58,707 nucleotides of DNA from Candidatus Omnitrophota bacterium (GTDB taxonomy: Bacteria > Omnitrophota > Gorgyraeia > Gygaellales > Profunditerraquicolaceae), in NCBI GenBank assembly GCA_028713155.1, contig JAQTPA010000005.1, forward strand, positions 1 through 58,707. Reading direction: 5' to 3'. Below, in pieces: positions 47,519 to 56,178 of the stretch (the first letter of the stretch is position 1; each line of letters opens with the position of its first letter). The notes beneath the pieces are model-generated. The model was not told the origin of the DNA and ran no database searches. It saw nothing but the letters and a program-made list of their open reading frames with translations. Position numbers and translations under genes: made by a program.

Positions 47519-48682
47519 ATGGCACTATTATTCCAACCTGCCTGTTTAGGTAAAATGAAATTGAAGAATCGCGTCATTAGGTCAGCGACCTTTGAAAATA
47601 TGGCGGATGCCGACGGCTCTCCGGACTTAGAGATATTAAATTTATACAAAGAATTAGCCGAAGGAGAACTAGGATTAATTATTACAGGCGCTGCTTATGT
47701 TAATAAAGAAGGCCAAATCCTGCCTTTACAAATTGGCGCGCATGACGATTATGTTATGGCAAAATGGGAAGCGACAATTAAATTAATGCATAGTTACGGG
47801 ACGAAGATAGCGGTTCAGGTTGCTCACGCAGGAAGATTGATTAATACTAGGTTTATGGACAGGCGCCATCTTCTATTTCCTTCTAAGGGAGCTAAATATT
47901 TAAGATTTTCTCCGGTTAGGGAGATGACAAAAGACCAGATATATAAAACGATCTCTGATTTCGCTAATGCAGCTAAACGTATAAAAAAGACTGGTTTTGA
48001 CGCCGTCCAGATTCACGCGGCGCACGGTTATTTGATTTCAAGCTTCCTTTCGCCTATAACTAACCGCCGCCTTGATGAATGGGGAGGGGATAGAGACGGA
48101 CGCTCCCGCTTCCTGCTAGAAATATATAAGGCCATGCGGGAAGCGGCGGGGGCAGATTTTCCAATTTTATGCAAATTAAGCGTAGACGATTTCGTAGAAG
48201 GAGGGATAGTCTTAGAAGAAATTATACCTGTTATCCAAAAGCTTTTTGAAAATGGACTTAATGCTCTGGAAATCAGCGGAGGCGAAATGTTTCAAATGTT
48301 TTTTCTTAGAGGTAAAGAGAAGTTAAATTTCGACTATTTCCTTGATTACGTAAAATACACTTTTATCAGCAAGATTTCTGGCTTAAAGAGAAAACCGATT
48401 TTTTTTCAGGAAGCCTATTTTTTAACTTATGCAAAAAGGATAAAACAAATAGTCAACATGCCATTGATACTTTCTGGCGGCATAAGGGACTTCTATGTTG
48501 CAGAGAAGATAATTGCTTCAGGATTGGCGGATTTTATCTCTCTTTCGCGTCCATTAATTTGTGAGCCTGGTTTGCCTAATAGATGGCAGGCGGGAGAGCG
48601 GCATCCGTCTGTATGCAGATCCTGTAACCGTTGCCTTTACGGATTAATAAAAGACAATAAGAAGTTAAAATGTTATTATTAA
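47519..48682 (+). CDS. NADH:flavin oxidoreductase (old yellow enzyme family)
   Basis: LKNRVIRSAT, QVAHAGR, QIHAAHGYLISSFLSP, NRRLDEWGG, C-terminal CRSCNRC. Confidence 0.92.
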   Translation: MALLFQPACLGKMKLKNRVIRSATFENMADADGSPDLEILNLYKELAEGELGLIITGAAYVNKEGQILPLQIGAHDDYVMAKWEATIKLMHSYGTKIAVQVAHAGRLINTRFMDRRHLLFPSKGAKYLRFSPVREMTKDQIYKTISDFANAAKRIKKTGFDAVQIHAAHGYLISSFLSPITNRRLDEWGGDRDGRSRFLLEIYKAMREAAGADFPILCKLSVDDFVEGGIVLEEIIPVIQKLFENGLNALEISGGEMFQMFFLRGKEKLNFDYFLDYVKYTFISKISGLKRKPIFFQEAYFLTYAKRIKQIVNMPLILSGGIRDFYVAEKIIASGLADFISLSRPLICEPGLPNRWQAGERHPSVCRSCNRCLYGLIKDNKKLKCYY

Positions 48683-49659
48683 ATTCTATTTCGGATAACC
48701 TTAAAAATTATTACCGGGTCAGAGTTCTCTCTAAAAAACCAATTCAAAAAATATTTTTAGTTCCGACATACCGCTGTAATTTAAAATGTGATTTCTGCTA
48801 TAGTAGGGGATTGGAGAATGAATTTAAAGAAGACATGAACAGAAAGAATTTGAATTCCGCTTTGAATTGGTTAAGATTAAATAGAATTAATGTTTTTGGA
48901 CTTCTTGGAGGCGAGCCCACAGAGTATCTTTATTTTGAAGAACTTATGGACTTGATTAAAATTTATAAGATGCGGGTTATTTTGCCTACTAATAATTTAT
49001 TTAATCCGTCTTTATTGAAGATTCTTCCCCGGAAATATATAGAGATTATGATCTTGAATTATAATAAAGAAATTTATAGCGAAGAACAACATAAAAGATT
49101 TAAAAATAATTTGGAAAGCCTAAAAAAAATTGGTTTTAAGCTAGGTTTAATGTTGAATATAAATAAAAATAATTATGACAAAGAAGCTATAGTTTTAGCG
49201 AAATATTTCAAATGCGATATCCGGTTTACTACTTCTTGTCCGGCCTATTTTAATAACATCTATGTTCCTTTAGATAAGTTGTCTACCTTCAAGGAAGTCA
49301 TGGTTAGTTTTGTAAAAGAATGCAAAGAGAATAAAGTCAAGGCAATGTTCTCTAGGCCCATAATTCCCTGCATGTTTAATAAACGAGATTTGAAAAACTT
49401 AAAGCCTTCTGCGGTAAGATATACCTGTAATATTATCCCTGTGGTTAATCCAGATTTATCTATTTTTGCCTGTCATAATATCTTTAAAAGATTTCCTAAT
49501 CTTTTGTCCTTTAAGAATCTGGGTGAACTTAATAAAAGGACCAATCTTTACGCAGAGCAATTAAGGAGAATACCGCTATTACCGGAATGCTTAGACTGTA
49601 AACTTTACTCAAACCATAAATGTCAAGGGGGCTGTCTTTCATATAAACAGTATCAATAA
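48670..49659 (+). CDS. Radical SAM protein with SPASM-like C-terminus
   Basis: PTYRCNLKCDFC, GGEP, ECLDC...CQGGC. Confidence 0.87.
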   Translation: MLLLNSISDNLKNYYRVRVLSKKPIQKIFLVPTYRCNLKCDFCYSRGLENEFKEDMNRKNLNSALNWLRLNRINVFGLLGGEPTEYLYFEELMDLIKIYKMRVILPTNNLFNPSLLKILPRKYIEIMILNYNKEIYSEEQHKRFKNNLESLKKIGFKLGLMLNINKNNYDKEAIVLAKYFKCDIRFTTSCPAYFNNIYVPLDKLSTFKEVMVSFVKECKENKVKAMFSRPIIPCMFNKRDLKNLKPSAVRYTCNIIPVVNPDLSIFACHNIFKRFPNLLSFKNLGELNKRTNLYAEQLRRIPLLPECLDCKLYSNHKCQGGCLSYKQYQ

Positions 49660-49742
49660 AGCAAGCAGATATTTTAAAAAGTCTTAGATTGAAAAACAGA
49701 AAATAAAATGGTAGAAAAAACAGAATTGTATTACAATAAGCT

Positions 49743-50531
49743 ATGGAAAAAATAGTTAGATTGGAACGTATTGGTATTCTCGGCGGTTATGACAAGAATG
49801 GCCAGCCGGAGCCGGTCCGGGAAGTAGAATTTAATATGGGACAGGTAGCTAGTATTGTAGGTGCTACCGGTTCAGGCAAGACAACCTTGATAAAGGATGT
49901 TGAGCTCCTGGCGAATAAAAATACGCCTTCAAACCGCACGATTACATTTAATGGCATAGTACCTTCTGAAGAATATTGCCCTGTACCTTCGGATCGGCTG
50001 ATCGCCTTGATTACCCAGCACACGAATTTCCTTTCCGATATGCGGGTCAAGGATTTTTTAGTAACCCATGCTTCTATACGTGGTTCCAGGGGAGAAAACT
50101 CGGTAGTGGATGAGACTCTTATGTTTGCAAACCAATTAACCGGAGAATCCATTGATACCGCTAATGTAATGACAGAACTATCTGGTGGTCAGACCCGCGC
50201 ACTTATGATTGCGGATGCGGTAGTAATCGGAGAATCACCGATAATTCTTTTAGACGAGATTGAGAATGCCGGTATCCATCGTATAAAAGTCTTGGAGCTC
50301 CTAAAGCAGTATAAAAAGATTTTTATTTTTGTTACTCACGATCCCCGTATTACGCTGCTTTCTGATTTTCGGATAGTTATGAAAAATGGCGCAATGCAGA
50401 AAGTTATTGCTACAAATGGAGAAGAGAAAAAAGTAGTTGAACAAGTCAAAAAGATTGATGATTTGTTATTAAGATTAAGGGCGTATATACGTAATGGAGA
50501 AATTATTACTGAGTTCCATCTAAAGGAATAA
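49743..50531 (+). CDS. ABC-type ATPase without adjacent permease
   Basis: Walker A GATGSGKT, signature LSGGQ, Walker B ILLDE, H-loop VTHD. Confidence 0.88.
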   Translation: MEKIVRLERIGILGGYDKNGQPEPVREVEFNMGQVASIVGATGSGKTTLIKDVELLANKNTPSNRTITFNGIVPSEEYCPVPSDRLIALITQHTNFLSDMRVKDFLVTHASIRGSRGENSVVDETLMFANQLTGESIDTANVMTELSGGQTRALMIADAVVIGESPIILLDEIENAGIHRIKVLELLKQYKKIFIFVTHDPRITLLSDFRIVMKNGAMQKVIATNGEEKKVVEQVKKIDDLLLRLRAYIRNGEIITEFHLKE

Positions 50532-50533
50532 TA

Positions 50534-51235
50534 ATGAAATTAGCGATTTGTTCAGGTCCTCCGACAAGCGGTAAAACTACCGTATTGAAACATGTCATAA
50601 AAAAACTTACAAATAAAGGCGAAAATACCGCTTTTGTTAAAACTGATGTTCAGTTTGCCTGTGAAGATGATTTCTTTGCGCAGGAGTTAAACATCCCGAC
50701 TAAAAAAATCTATTCCGGGGAACTATGCCCGGATCATTGCAATGTAATGATCCTGGGGGATGCGCTGGAATGGGCAGAGAAGGAAAGAGCTACTGTGCTT
50801 GTAGTAGAGACGGCAGGATTATGTCTCAGGTGTTCTCCTTATGTCGAAGGCGCGTTTGGAATGGTGGTGCTTGAGGCGACTAGCGGGATGAACCTACCGA
50901 AGAAGATCGGCCCGATGCTTTCGCTGGCCGATATCGCGGTAGTCACCAAAATTGATTTAATTTCCCAAGCTGAAAGAGAGGTCTTTCGGGCCAGGATATT
51001 AGAAGTTTGTCCGGGGATGCGGATTATCGAATCAGATGCCTTACATGGGATAGGTGTTGAACCGATTGTAAAAATGATTTATAATTCTTCTGATATGAAA
51101 GAACCTATTTATTTACGGGGTAACCCTCCTATTGGAACTTGCACTATATGTGTGGGTAAAAAGGAGATTGGCTGGAAGCAGCATTTTGGCATAGTCAGGC
51201 CTTTGGATAATCAGGTTTTTTATAGAGGTGAATGA
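50534..51235 (+). CDS. G3E-family (HypB/UreG/CobW-like) metal-chaperone GTPase
   Basis: GPPTSGKTT, ETAG, TKID; Cys motifs LCPDHC, LCLRC, CTIC. Confidence 0.82.
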   Translation: MKLAICSGPPTSGKTTVLKHVIKKLTNKGENTAFVKTDVQFACEDDFFAQELNIPTKKIYSGELCPDHCNVMILGDALEWAEKERATVLVVETAGLCLRCSPYVEGAFGMVVLEATSGMNLPKKIGPMLSLADIAVVTKIDLISQAEREVFRARILEVCPGMRIIESDALHGIGVEPIVKMIYNSSDMKEPIYLRGNPPIGTCTICVGKKEIGWKQHFGIVRPLDNQVFYRGE

Positions 51236-51851
51236 TATGAAAGACTGCGGAGGGTGTGGATCCCGTACTTGTGCTGAGTTTTATGAGAAATTAAAGGAAA
51301 ACCCGAGTTTAATTATTAATTGTATCTATATCCACAAAAGCAAAGAAGAAACAAAAGAAAAAATTGTTGAAAATAATAAGGTAACATTAAAGGATTCTTT
51401 AGGGAGAGAATTTGATTTTATCCTAGAGCATTTTCCTGAGGAACCCGGACCGCGGGAAATCATTATTCCTCATAATCCTACGCTTACCCGTGAAATGGAC
51501 CTTAAGGAGGGAGAAATAATTATCGGTAGGCCATTAGGGGTATCTTGCGGTTGCCCGGTGACTCATTCCGGGGTCATTAGGGATATCGATAAAAAAACAG
51601 GCGTGATTGTCTGGTGTGTTACCGGCCCGCTTACTGCGCGGCAAAACAGTTTCAAGGATTTAGGATATTATATCGCGTTAGCGTATGAAGGGTTAATCCA
51701 GGAGAGTCGTTGCGAAGTTAAAATAGGACTACGTTATTTTTTTCAACCGCGCAGATGTATGTTGCAGTGGAGACATAGCGGTTTAGTTAATTATCTCAAC
51801 AGTACTCCTGTTGGTTTGCAGGCGCGGTTGGAAGGCCTGTGGATTGGGTAA
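51228..51851 (+). CDS. Fe-S-binding domain protein
   Basis: N-terminal DCGGCGSRTC...NC (RnfB-type FeS domain pattern) plus CGCPVTH and further Cys/His residues. Confidence 0.75.
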   Translation: MNDMKDCGGCGSRTCAEFYEKLKENPSLIINCIYIHKSKEETKEKIVENNKVTLKDSLGREFDFILEHFPEEPGPREIIIPHNPTLTREMDLKEGEIIIGRPLGVSCGCPVTHSGVIRDIDKKTGVIVWCVTGPLTARQNSFKDLGYYIALAYEGLIQESRCEVKIGLRYFFQPRRCMLQWRHSGLVNYLNSTPVGLQARLEGLWIG

Positions 51852-51911
51852 TAAAATCCGATTAAGGCGAAGGGCTAGGTTGGCCTAGAGCCTAATACCT
51901 GGAGGATTAAG

Positions 51912-52412
51912 ATGAGAAAAATAATTTTAGTTTTAGCCTTTGCTTTAATGATTCAACCGGGATATGAGAATATTATTGTATTAGCTGAAGAAGGAATGGC
52001 ATCAGTGAGTCCAGTAACAGAAGAGAAAGATTCCGCAGAAATTAAAAAATTATTAGAAACTTATTTCTCGTGTGTTACTCGGCAGGATTTAGATTGTACA
52101 ATGAGTTTTGTTTCAAAAGAATTTTCGGCAGCATCCCAAGATAAAATCCTGGATTATGACAGCCTAAAGTTCTATTTTGAAGATGTATTTAAAAAGACGG
52201 TAAATAGGTCTTTTAGCAATCTGAACGTGCTTGAGTTAACTGTATCGGGTGATAAGGCGACTATTCTGATAGAATATAATTTAAAGTTCTTTAGTTTGGA
52301 CTTAGCCCGAGAGGCCAAGATGCCGCGAATGGCGCAGTATTCTTTAATTAAAGAAGGCGGCGCTTGGAAAATTGTATCTCTAGAGAGGTTCCAAAATCCA
52401 AATGATGTATAG
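51912..52412 (+). CDS. Exported NTF2-like (DUF4440/SnoaL-like) protein
   Basis: Signal peptide, GGAGG SD, IKKLLETYF...VSGDKAT...LIKEGGAWKI pattern. Confidence 0.7.
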   Translation: MRKIILVLAFALMIQPGYENIIVLAEEGMASVSPVTEEKDSAEIKKLLETYFSCVTRQDLDCTMSFVSKEFSAASQDKILDYDSLKFYFEDVFKKTVNRSFSNLNVLELTVSGDKATILIEYNLKFFSLDLAREAKMPRMAQYSLIKEGGAWKIVSLERFQNPNDV

Positions 52413-52506
52413 AGCAGGGGGTACAGTATATTACTCTTAGACAGAGTTATGCCAGGTTTATTTTTTTGCTAACCCCGTATCTAAATATCCAGACTTACCT
52501 TGTCCA

Positions 52507-52533
52507 TTGACAGCGGAATAGATATGCTATAAT
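52507..52533 (+). promoter_or_regulatory. Putative sigma70 promoter
   Basis: TTGACA (52507-52512) and TGnTATAAT (TATAAT at 52528-52533); the spacer is only 15 nt, so it may act as an extended -10. Confidence 0.5.
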
Positions 52534-52586
52534 ATATCCTATCGACGGAAGTCAGGCGGCTTACTTAAGCTGAGAGAGGAGCAAAG

Positions 52587-53927
52587 ATGGAAAGAGAAAG
52601 AATTACCATAGAAAACGAAATCCTGGAAAGGCTAGCCGGTAAGATTTTTTTGCTGCAGGATCTTGCCCGCAAGCGCGAAATCATATTCCAGACGTTTCTA
52701 GAAGTATACAATTCCGCGAGCGGCCAGAACCTGGTCAGCAAGTTGAAGAACCTGGACCTGGAGGCCTTATTTAATGAATTTCTTTCCTACGGCGTGATTG
52801 ATGAATTGCTGGCTGACCCCGATGTAGAAGATATCATGATAAATTATCTTTCTCCTATCTACGTGCATAAGACAAAATACGGCCTGGTCAAGACAGATAA
52901 AAAATTCGCATCTAGAGAGGAATTGGATTTATTTATTAAGAAATTAGTGATCTTTTCGGGTAGGAAAACGATAAATAAAATAAACAATGTTGAGCTGGTG
53001 GAAATAAAAGGAAGGGCGAACATCGTCTATTCTCCTTTTGGGCCGCAGGTCACCTTGACCCGCGCCAAAGAAAGGCCTTTAAGCATAATTGAATTGGTCG
53101 AGAACGGCACGCTTAACCCGGAAATTACCGCTCAATTATGGCTTTATGTTGAGGGCTTAAAGATCAAGCCGGCGAACGTTATCATATCCGGAGGACCGGG
53201 AACGGGAAAATCAACCCTGCTCAACGCGCTCTTTAGTTTTATTCCGCATAATGACCGGATTGTCGTTATCGAGGATACGTTAGAGTTGAATACTGACCTT
53301 GAAGAAAACTGTTCGCGCCTTGAGAGCGATGAGACTACTAGCCTTGCGGATTTAGTGAAGAATTCCCTGCGTATGCGGCCGGACAGGATAATCGTGGGCG
53401 AAGTCAGGGGCCAGGAGGCCCAGGATCTGATGACGGCGATGAACGTCGGAAAGTATTGCATGGGGACTTTACACGCCTCGACCGCGCGCGAAACAATCAT
53501 CCGCCTGGAGAATGAGCCGATGAACTCGCCGGAGATACTGGTGAACCTGGTGGATGTATTTATTATTATGCGGCGTTACGCCTTAAACGGGAAGATTACG
53601 CGGGTGGTCGGCGAGCTGGTAGAAACTGCCGGCATGACCGACAAGACCATACTTTTATCTTCGCTCTGGACTTATGATTTAGGGAGCGCTACGTTTCGTA
53701 AGTCGTCAGTAAGCAGCGAATACCGCGACAGGCTCGCCCAGGTAAGCGGTAAAACTACGGTTGCGATTATGGATGAGATTAAGGTGCGCTCTAATGTTAT
53801 CAGGCTCCTTATTAAACAGGGGATAAGAGGGACAAAAGAGGTAACCGAGTTCTGCCGTAAATATTCTGCTGACGCGCAGGCGGCAATCGAAGGGCTCGGC
53901 GTCAAGCGTCAGGATCTGCTAAAATAA
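52587..53927 (+). CDS. CpaF/TadA/VirB11-family secretion ATPase
   Basis: GGPGTGKST, IEDTLEL, LRMRPDRIIVGEVRG, GTLHA. Confidence 0.9.
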   Translation: MERERITIENEILERLAGKIFLLQDLARKREIIFQTFLEVYNSASGQNLVSKLKNLDLEALFNEFLSYGVIDELLADPDVEDIMINYLSPIYVHKTKYGLVKTDKKFASREELDLFIKKLVIFSGRKTINKINNVELVEIKGRANIVYSPFGPQVTLTRAKERPLSIIELVENGTLNPEITAQLWLYVEGLKIKPANVIISGGPGTGKSTLLNALFSFIPHNDRIVVIEDTLELNTDLEENCSRLESDETTSLADLVKNSLRMRPDRIIVGEVRGQEAQDLMTAMNVGKYCMGTLHASTARETIIRLENEPMNSPEILVNLVDVFIIMRRYALNGKITRVVGELVETAGMTDKTILLSSLWTYDLGSATFRKSSVSSEYRDRLAQVSGKTTVAIMDEIKVRSNVIRLLIKQGIRGTKEVTEFCRKYSADAQAAIEGLGVKRQDLLK

Positions 53928-53944
53928 GAAAGATTCATATATCC

Positions 53945-54018
53945 GCGCCCATAGCTCAACTGGATAGAGCATCAGCCTACGGAGCTGGTTGTTGCAGGTT
54001 CGAATCCTGCTGGGCGCA
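53945..54018 (+). tRNA. tRNA-Arg(ACG)
   Basis: Cloverleaf: acceptor GCGCCCA/TGGGCGC, D arm GCTC..GAGC, anticodon loop CTACGGA, T arm GCAGG-TTCGAAT-CCTGC; CCA not encoded. Confidence 0.95.
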
Positions 54019-54040
54019 ATTTGTATTTACCGGGTAGCTA

Positions 54041-54502
54041 ATGCCTAAAGCACACGAGTATTATATGCGGGAGGCCTTGAAAGAAGCTCAAAAGGCCTTG
54101 GCGGAAGATGAGGTCCCTGTAGGCGCAGTTATCGTTAACGGCGGAAAGGTCATTGCCCGCGGCCATAATCAAGTAGAATGTTTAAAAGACCCGACTGCCC
54201 ACGCGGAGATGCTGGCTCTTACTTCGGCTACGAATTTCCTGAATACAAAGTGGTTGAATGCGGCAATCCTCTATGTTACAATTGAACCGTGTAGTATGTG
54301 CGCCGGAGCATTGGTATTGGCGCGGATTAAAAATATATGCTTTGGCGCCAAAGACCCTAAAACCGGAGCCTGCGGTTCGGTAGTAAATATTGTCAATAAT
54401 AAGAGATTAAATCACCGGATTAAAGTTAAAAGCGGTATTCTGGAGGAAGAGTCTGCGTTTTTACTAAAGGAATTTTTTAAGAAGAAACGCGGTAAAAAAT
54501 AA
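54041..54502 (+). CDS. tadA: tRNA adenosine(34) deaminase
   Basis: DEVPVGAV, DPTAHAE, EPCSMC, DPKTGA, FFKKKR. Confidence 0.93.
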   Translation: MPKAHEYYMREALKEAQKALAEDEVPVGAVIVNGGKVIARGHNQVECLKDPTAHAEMLALTSATNFLNTKWLNAAILYVTIEPCSMCAGALVLARIKNICFGAKDPKTGACGSVVNIVNNKRLNHRIKVKSGILEEESAFLLKEFFKKKRGKK

Positions 54503-54510
54503 TCAGTTAT

Positions 54511-54602
54511 GGAGAGGTGGCTGAGCGGCCGAAAGCAACTCACTGCTAATGAGTTGTCCTGGGAAACTGGGACCCTGGGTTCGAATCCCAGCCTCTCCGC
54601 CA
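54511..54602 (+). tRNA. tRNA-Ser(GCT)
   Basis: Acceptor GGAGAGG/CCTCTCC, anticodon loop CTGCTAA, long variable arm with GAAA loop, T arm CTGGG-TTCGAAT-CCCAG, discriminator G, encoded CCA. Confidence 0.95.
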
Positions 54603-54616
54603 GTTGGGAATAAATA

Positions 54617-56173
54617 ATGCCATATACAGTCTTTGCCTTAAAATGGCGGCCGAATAATTTTGACGAAATAATCGGCCAAAAAAACGTCGTCACTACCTTA
54701 AAGAGCGCCCTGCAGAAAAACCGCCTGGCGCACGCTTACCTTTTTGCCGGCCCGCGGGGAATAGGTAAGACCTCTACGGCCAGGATTTTAGCCAAAGCCC
54801 TTAATTGTAAAAGTGGTCCTACCTTAGAACCCTGCGGTAAATGCAGCTCGTGCCTGGAAATATCCCAGAGCCGTTCGCTGGATGTGATTGAGATAGACGG
54901 AGCGTCCAATACCGGGGTAGAAGATGTGCGGACGCTGCGCGAAAACGTAAAATTTTCGCCTGCCTCGGGTAAATTCAAGGTCTACATTATTGACGAAGTG
55001 CACATGCTCTCGACGGCCGCGTTCAACGCTCTTCTTAAAACACTGGAAGAACCCCCGGATTTTGTTAAATTTATTTTCGCTACTACTCATCCGGATAAGA
55101 TCCCTTCTACGGTGCTTTCGCGCTGCCAGCGTCTGGATTTCCGCCGGATTTCGGTTATAGAAATCATCGGCCAACTGGAGAAGGTTGCTAAAACAGAAAA
55201 GATTAACGTAGATAGAGAAGTCCTATTCGCTATCGCTAAAGCCGGAGACGGGTCATTGCGCGATGCCGAATCAATATTAGACCAGTTAGTCGCATTCTCC
55301 AAAGACAAAGTTTCTTTGCAAGACGTTATTTCGGTGCTAGGGCTGGTTGAGCAGGACGCGTTATTTGAAATAACCGATAAGATAATCGAAAAAAATCCTA
55401 AAGCAGCGTTAGAGTTATTCAATAAACTTACCGAAGAAGGTAAGGATATAAGCGTTTTTTTAAACAACCTGATTGAACATTTCCGCAACCTGATGATTGC
55501 TAAGGTTACCAGGGGAGACGCGAAATTGATTGATTTACCGCAGGATATTTGCGAGAGATTATTGCGGCAGAGCCAGGCCTTAAGCCTGGAAGAGATATTC
55601 AGCGTTTTTAATATTTTAGCCAATACCCAGGAAATGGGCAGGCGCCTGGATTCGTTGCGTATTACCCTGGAGGTAAATTTAATCCGCCTGGCTAATCCTA
55701 AGAAGGCGGCGGCTAATCCAGGGATAAGGTTGGTATCTCCGAAAGAAACGTCTTCAAAGGAAAAACCGCCGGTAAAAGTAATCCCGCGGGAGGAAAAGAA
55801 AAATGACCCGCCACCGGAACCAGTGGCCAGCATCTCTTTAGACAATATTAAAAACGTCTGGCAGAATGTTATTGAGGGCTTAAGCAGGATAAAGATGTCG
55901 GTGGCTACTTATTTGAGCGAAGGAGAACTGTTAAGCCTGAAAGGGAGCTTACTGACGATTGCTTTCCCGAAGAGCCATTCGTTGCATAAAGAGTCGCTTG
56001 AGAAAAGAGAGAATAAGGAGATTATTGAGAAGAGTTTACTGGAGGCGTTGAGTACGCCTTTGCGGGTAAGCTTTATCCTCTCTGCCGAGTCTAAGCCCAA
56101 AGACGCTGAACAACCGGGCGGGCATTTTATTCAATCGGTCCTGGATACGTTCCATGGCCGGCTCATCAAATAA
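54617..56173 (+). CDS. dnaX: DNA polymerase III subunit gamma/tau
   Basis: ALKWRP, GPRGIGKT, CGKCSSC, EIDGAS, IIDEVHML, LLKTLEEPP, SRC. Confidence 0.97.
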   Translation: MPYTVFALKWRPNNFDEIIGQKNVVTTLKSALQKNRLAHAYLFAGPRGIGKTSTARILAKALNCKSGPTLEPCGKCSSCLEISQSRSLDVIEIDGASNTGVEDVRTLRENVKFSPASGKFKVYIIDEVHMLSTAAFNALLKTLEEPPDFVKFIFATTHPDKIPSTVLSRCQRLDFRRISVIEIIGQLEKVAKTEKINVDREVLFAIAKAGDGSLRDAESILDQLVAFSKDKVSLQDVISVLGLVEQDALFEITDKIIEKNPKAALELFNKLTEEGKDISVFLNNLIEHFRNLMIAKVTRGDAKLIDLPQDICERLLRQSQALSLEEIFSVFNILANTQEMGRRLDSLRITLEVNLIRLANPKKAAANPGIRLVSPKETSSKEKPPVKVIPREEKKNDPPPEPVASISLDNIKNVWQNVIEGLSRIKMSVATYLSEGELLSLKGSLLTIAFPKSHSLHKESLEKRENKEIIEKSLLEALSTPLRVSFILSAESKPKDAEQPGGHFIQSVLDTFHGRLIK

Positions 56174-56178
56174 AATTA

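Noticed and set aside
1-49659. Hopanoid, ladderane or bacteriochlorophyll pathway
   Set aside because: No squalene-hopene cyclase, ACP/fab genes or bch genes in the window. Cannot be excluded for the whole genome but is unsupported here.
8590-52586. Cobalamin riboswitch in an intergenic region
   Set aside because: Looked for because of the nine B12 enzymes; no B12-box-like sequence recognised in any gap. A covariance-model search would be decisive.
53945-54018. tRNA-anchored genomic island or prophage boundary
   Set aside because: No integrase, transposase or duplicated tRNA 3' end found in the window.
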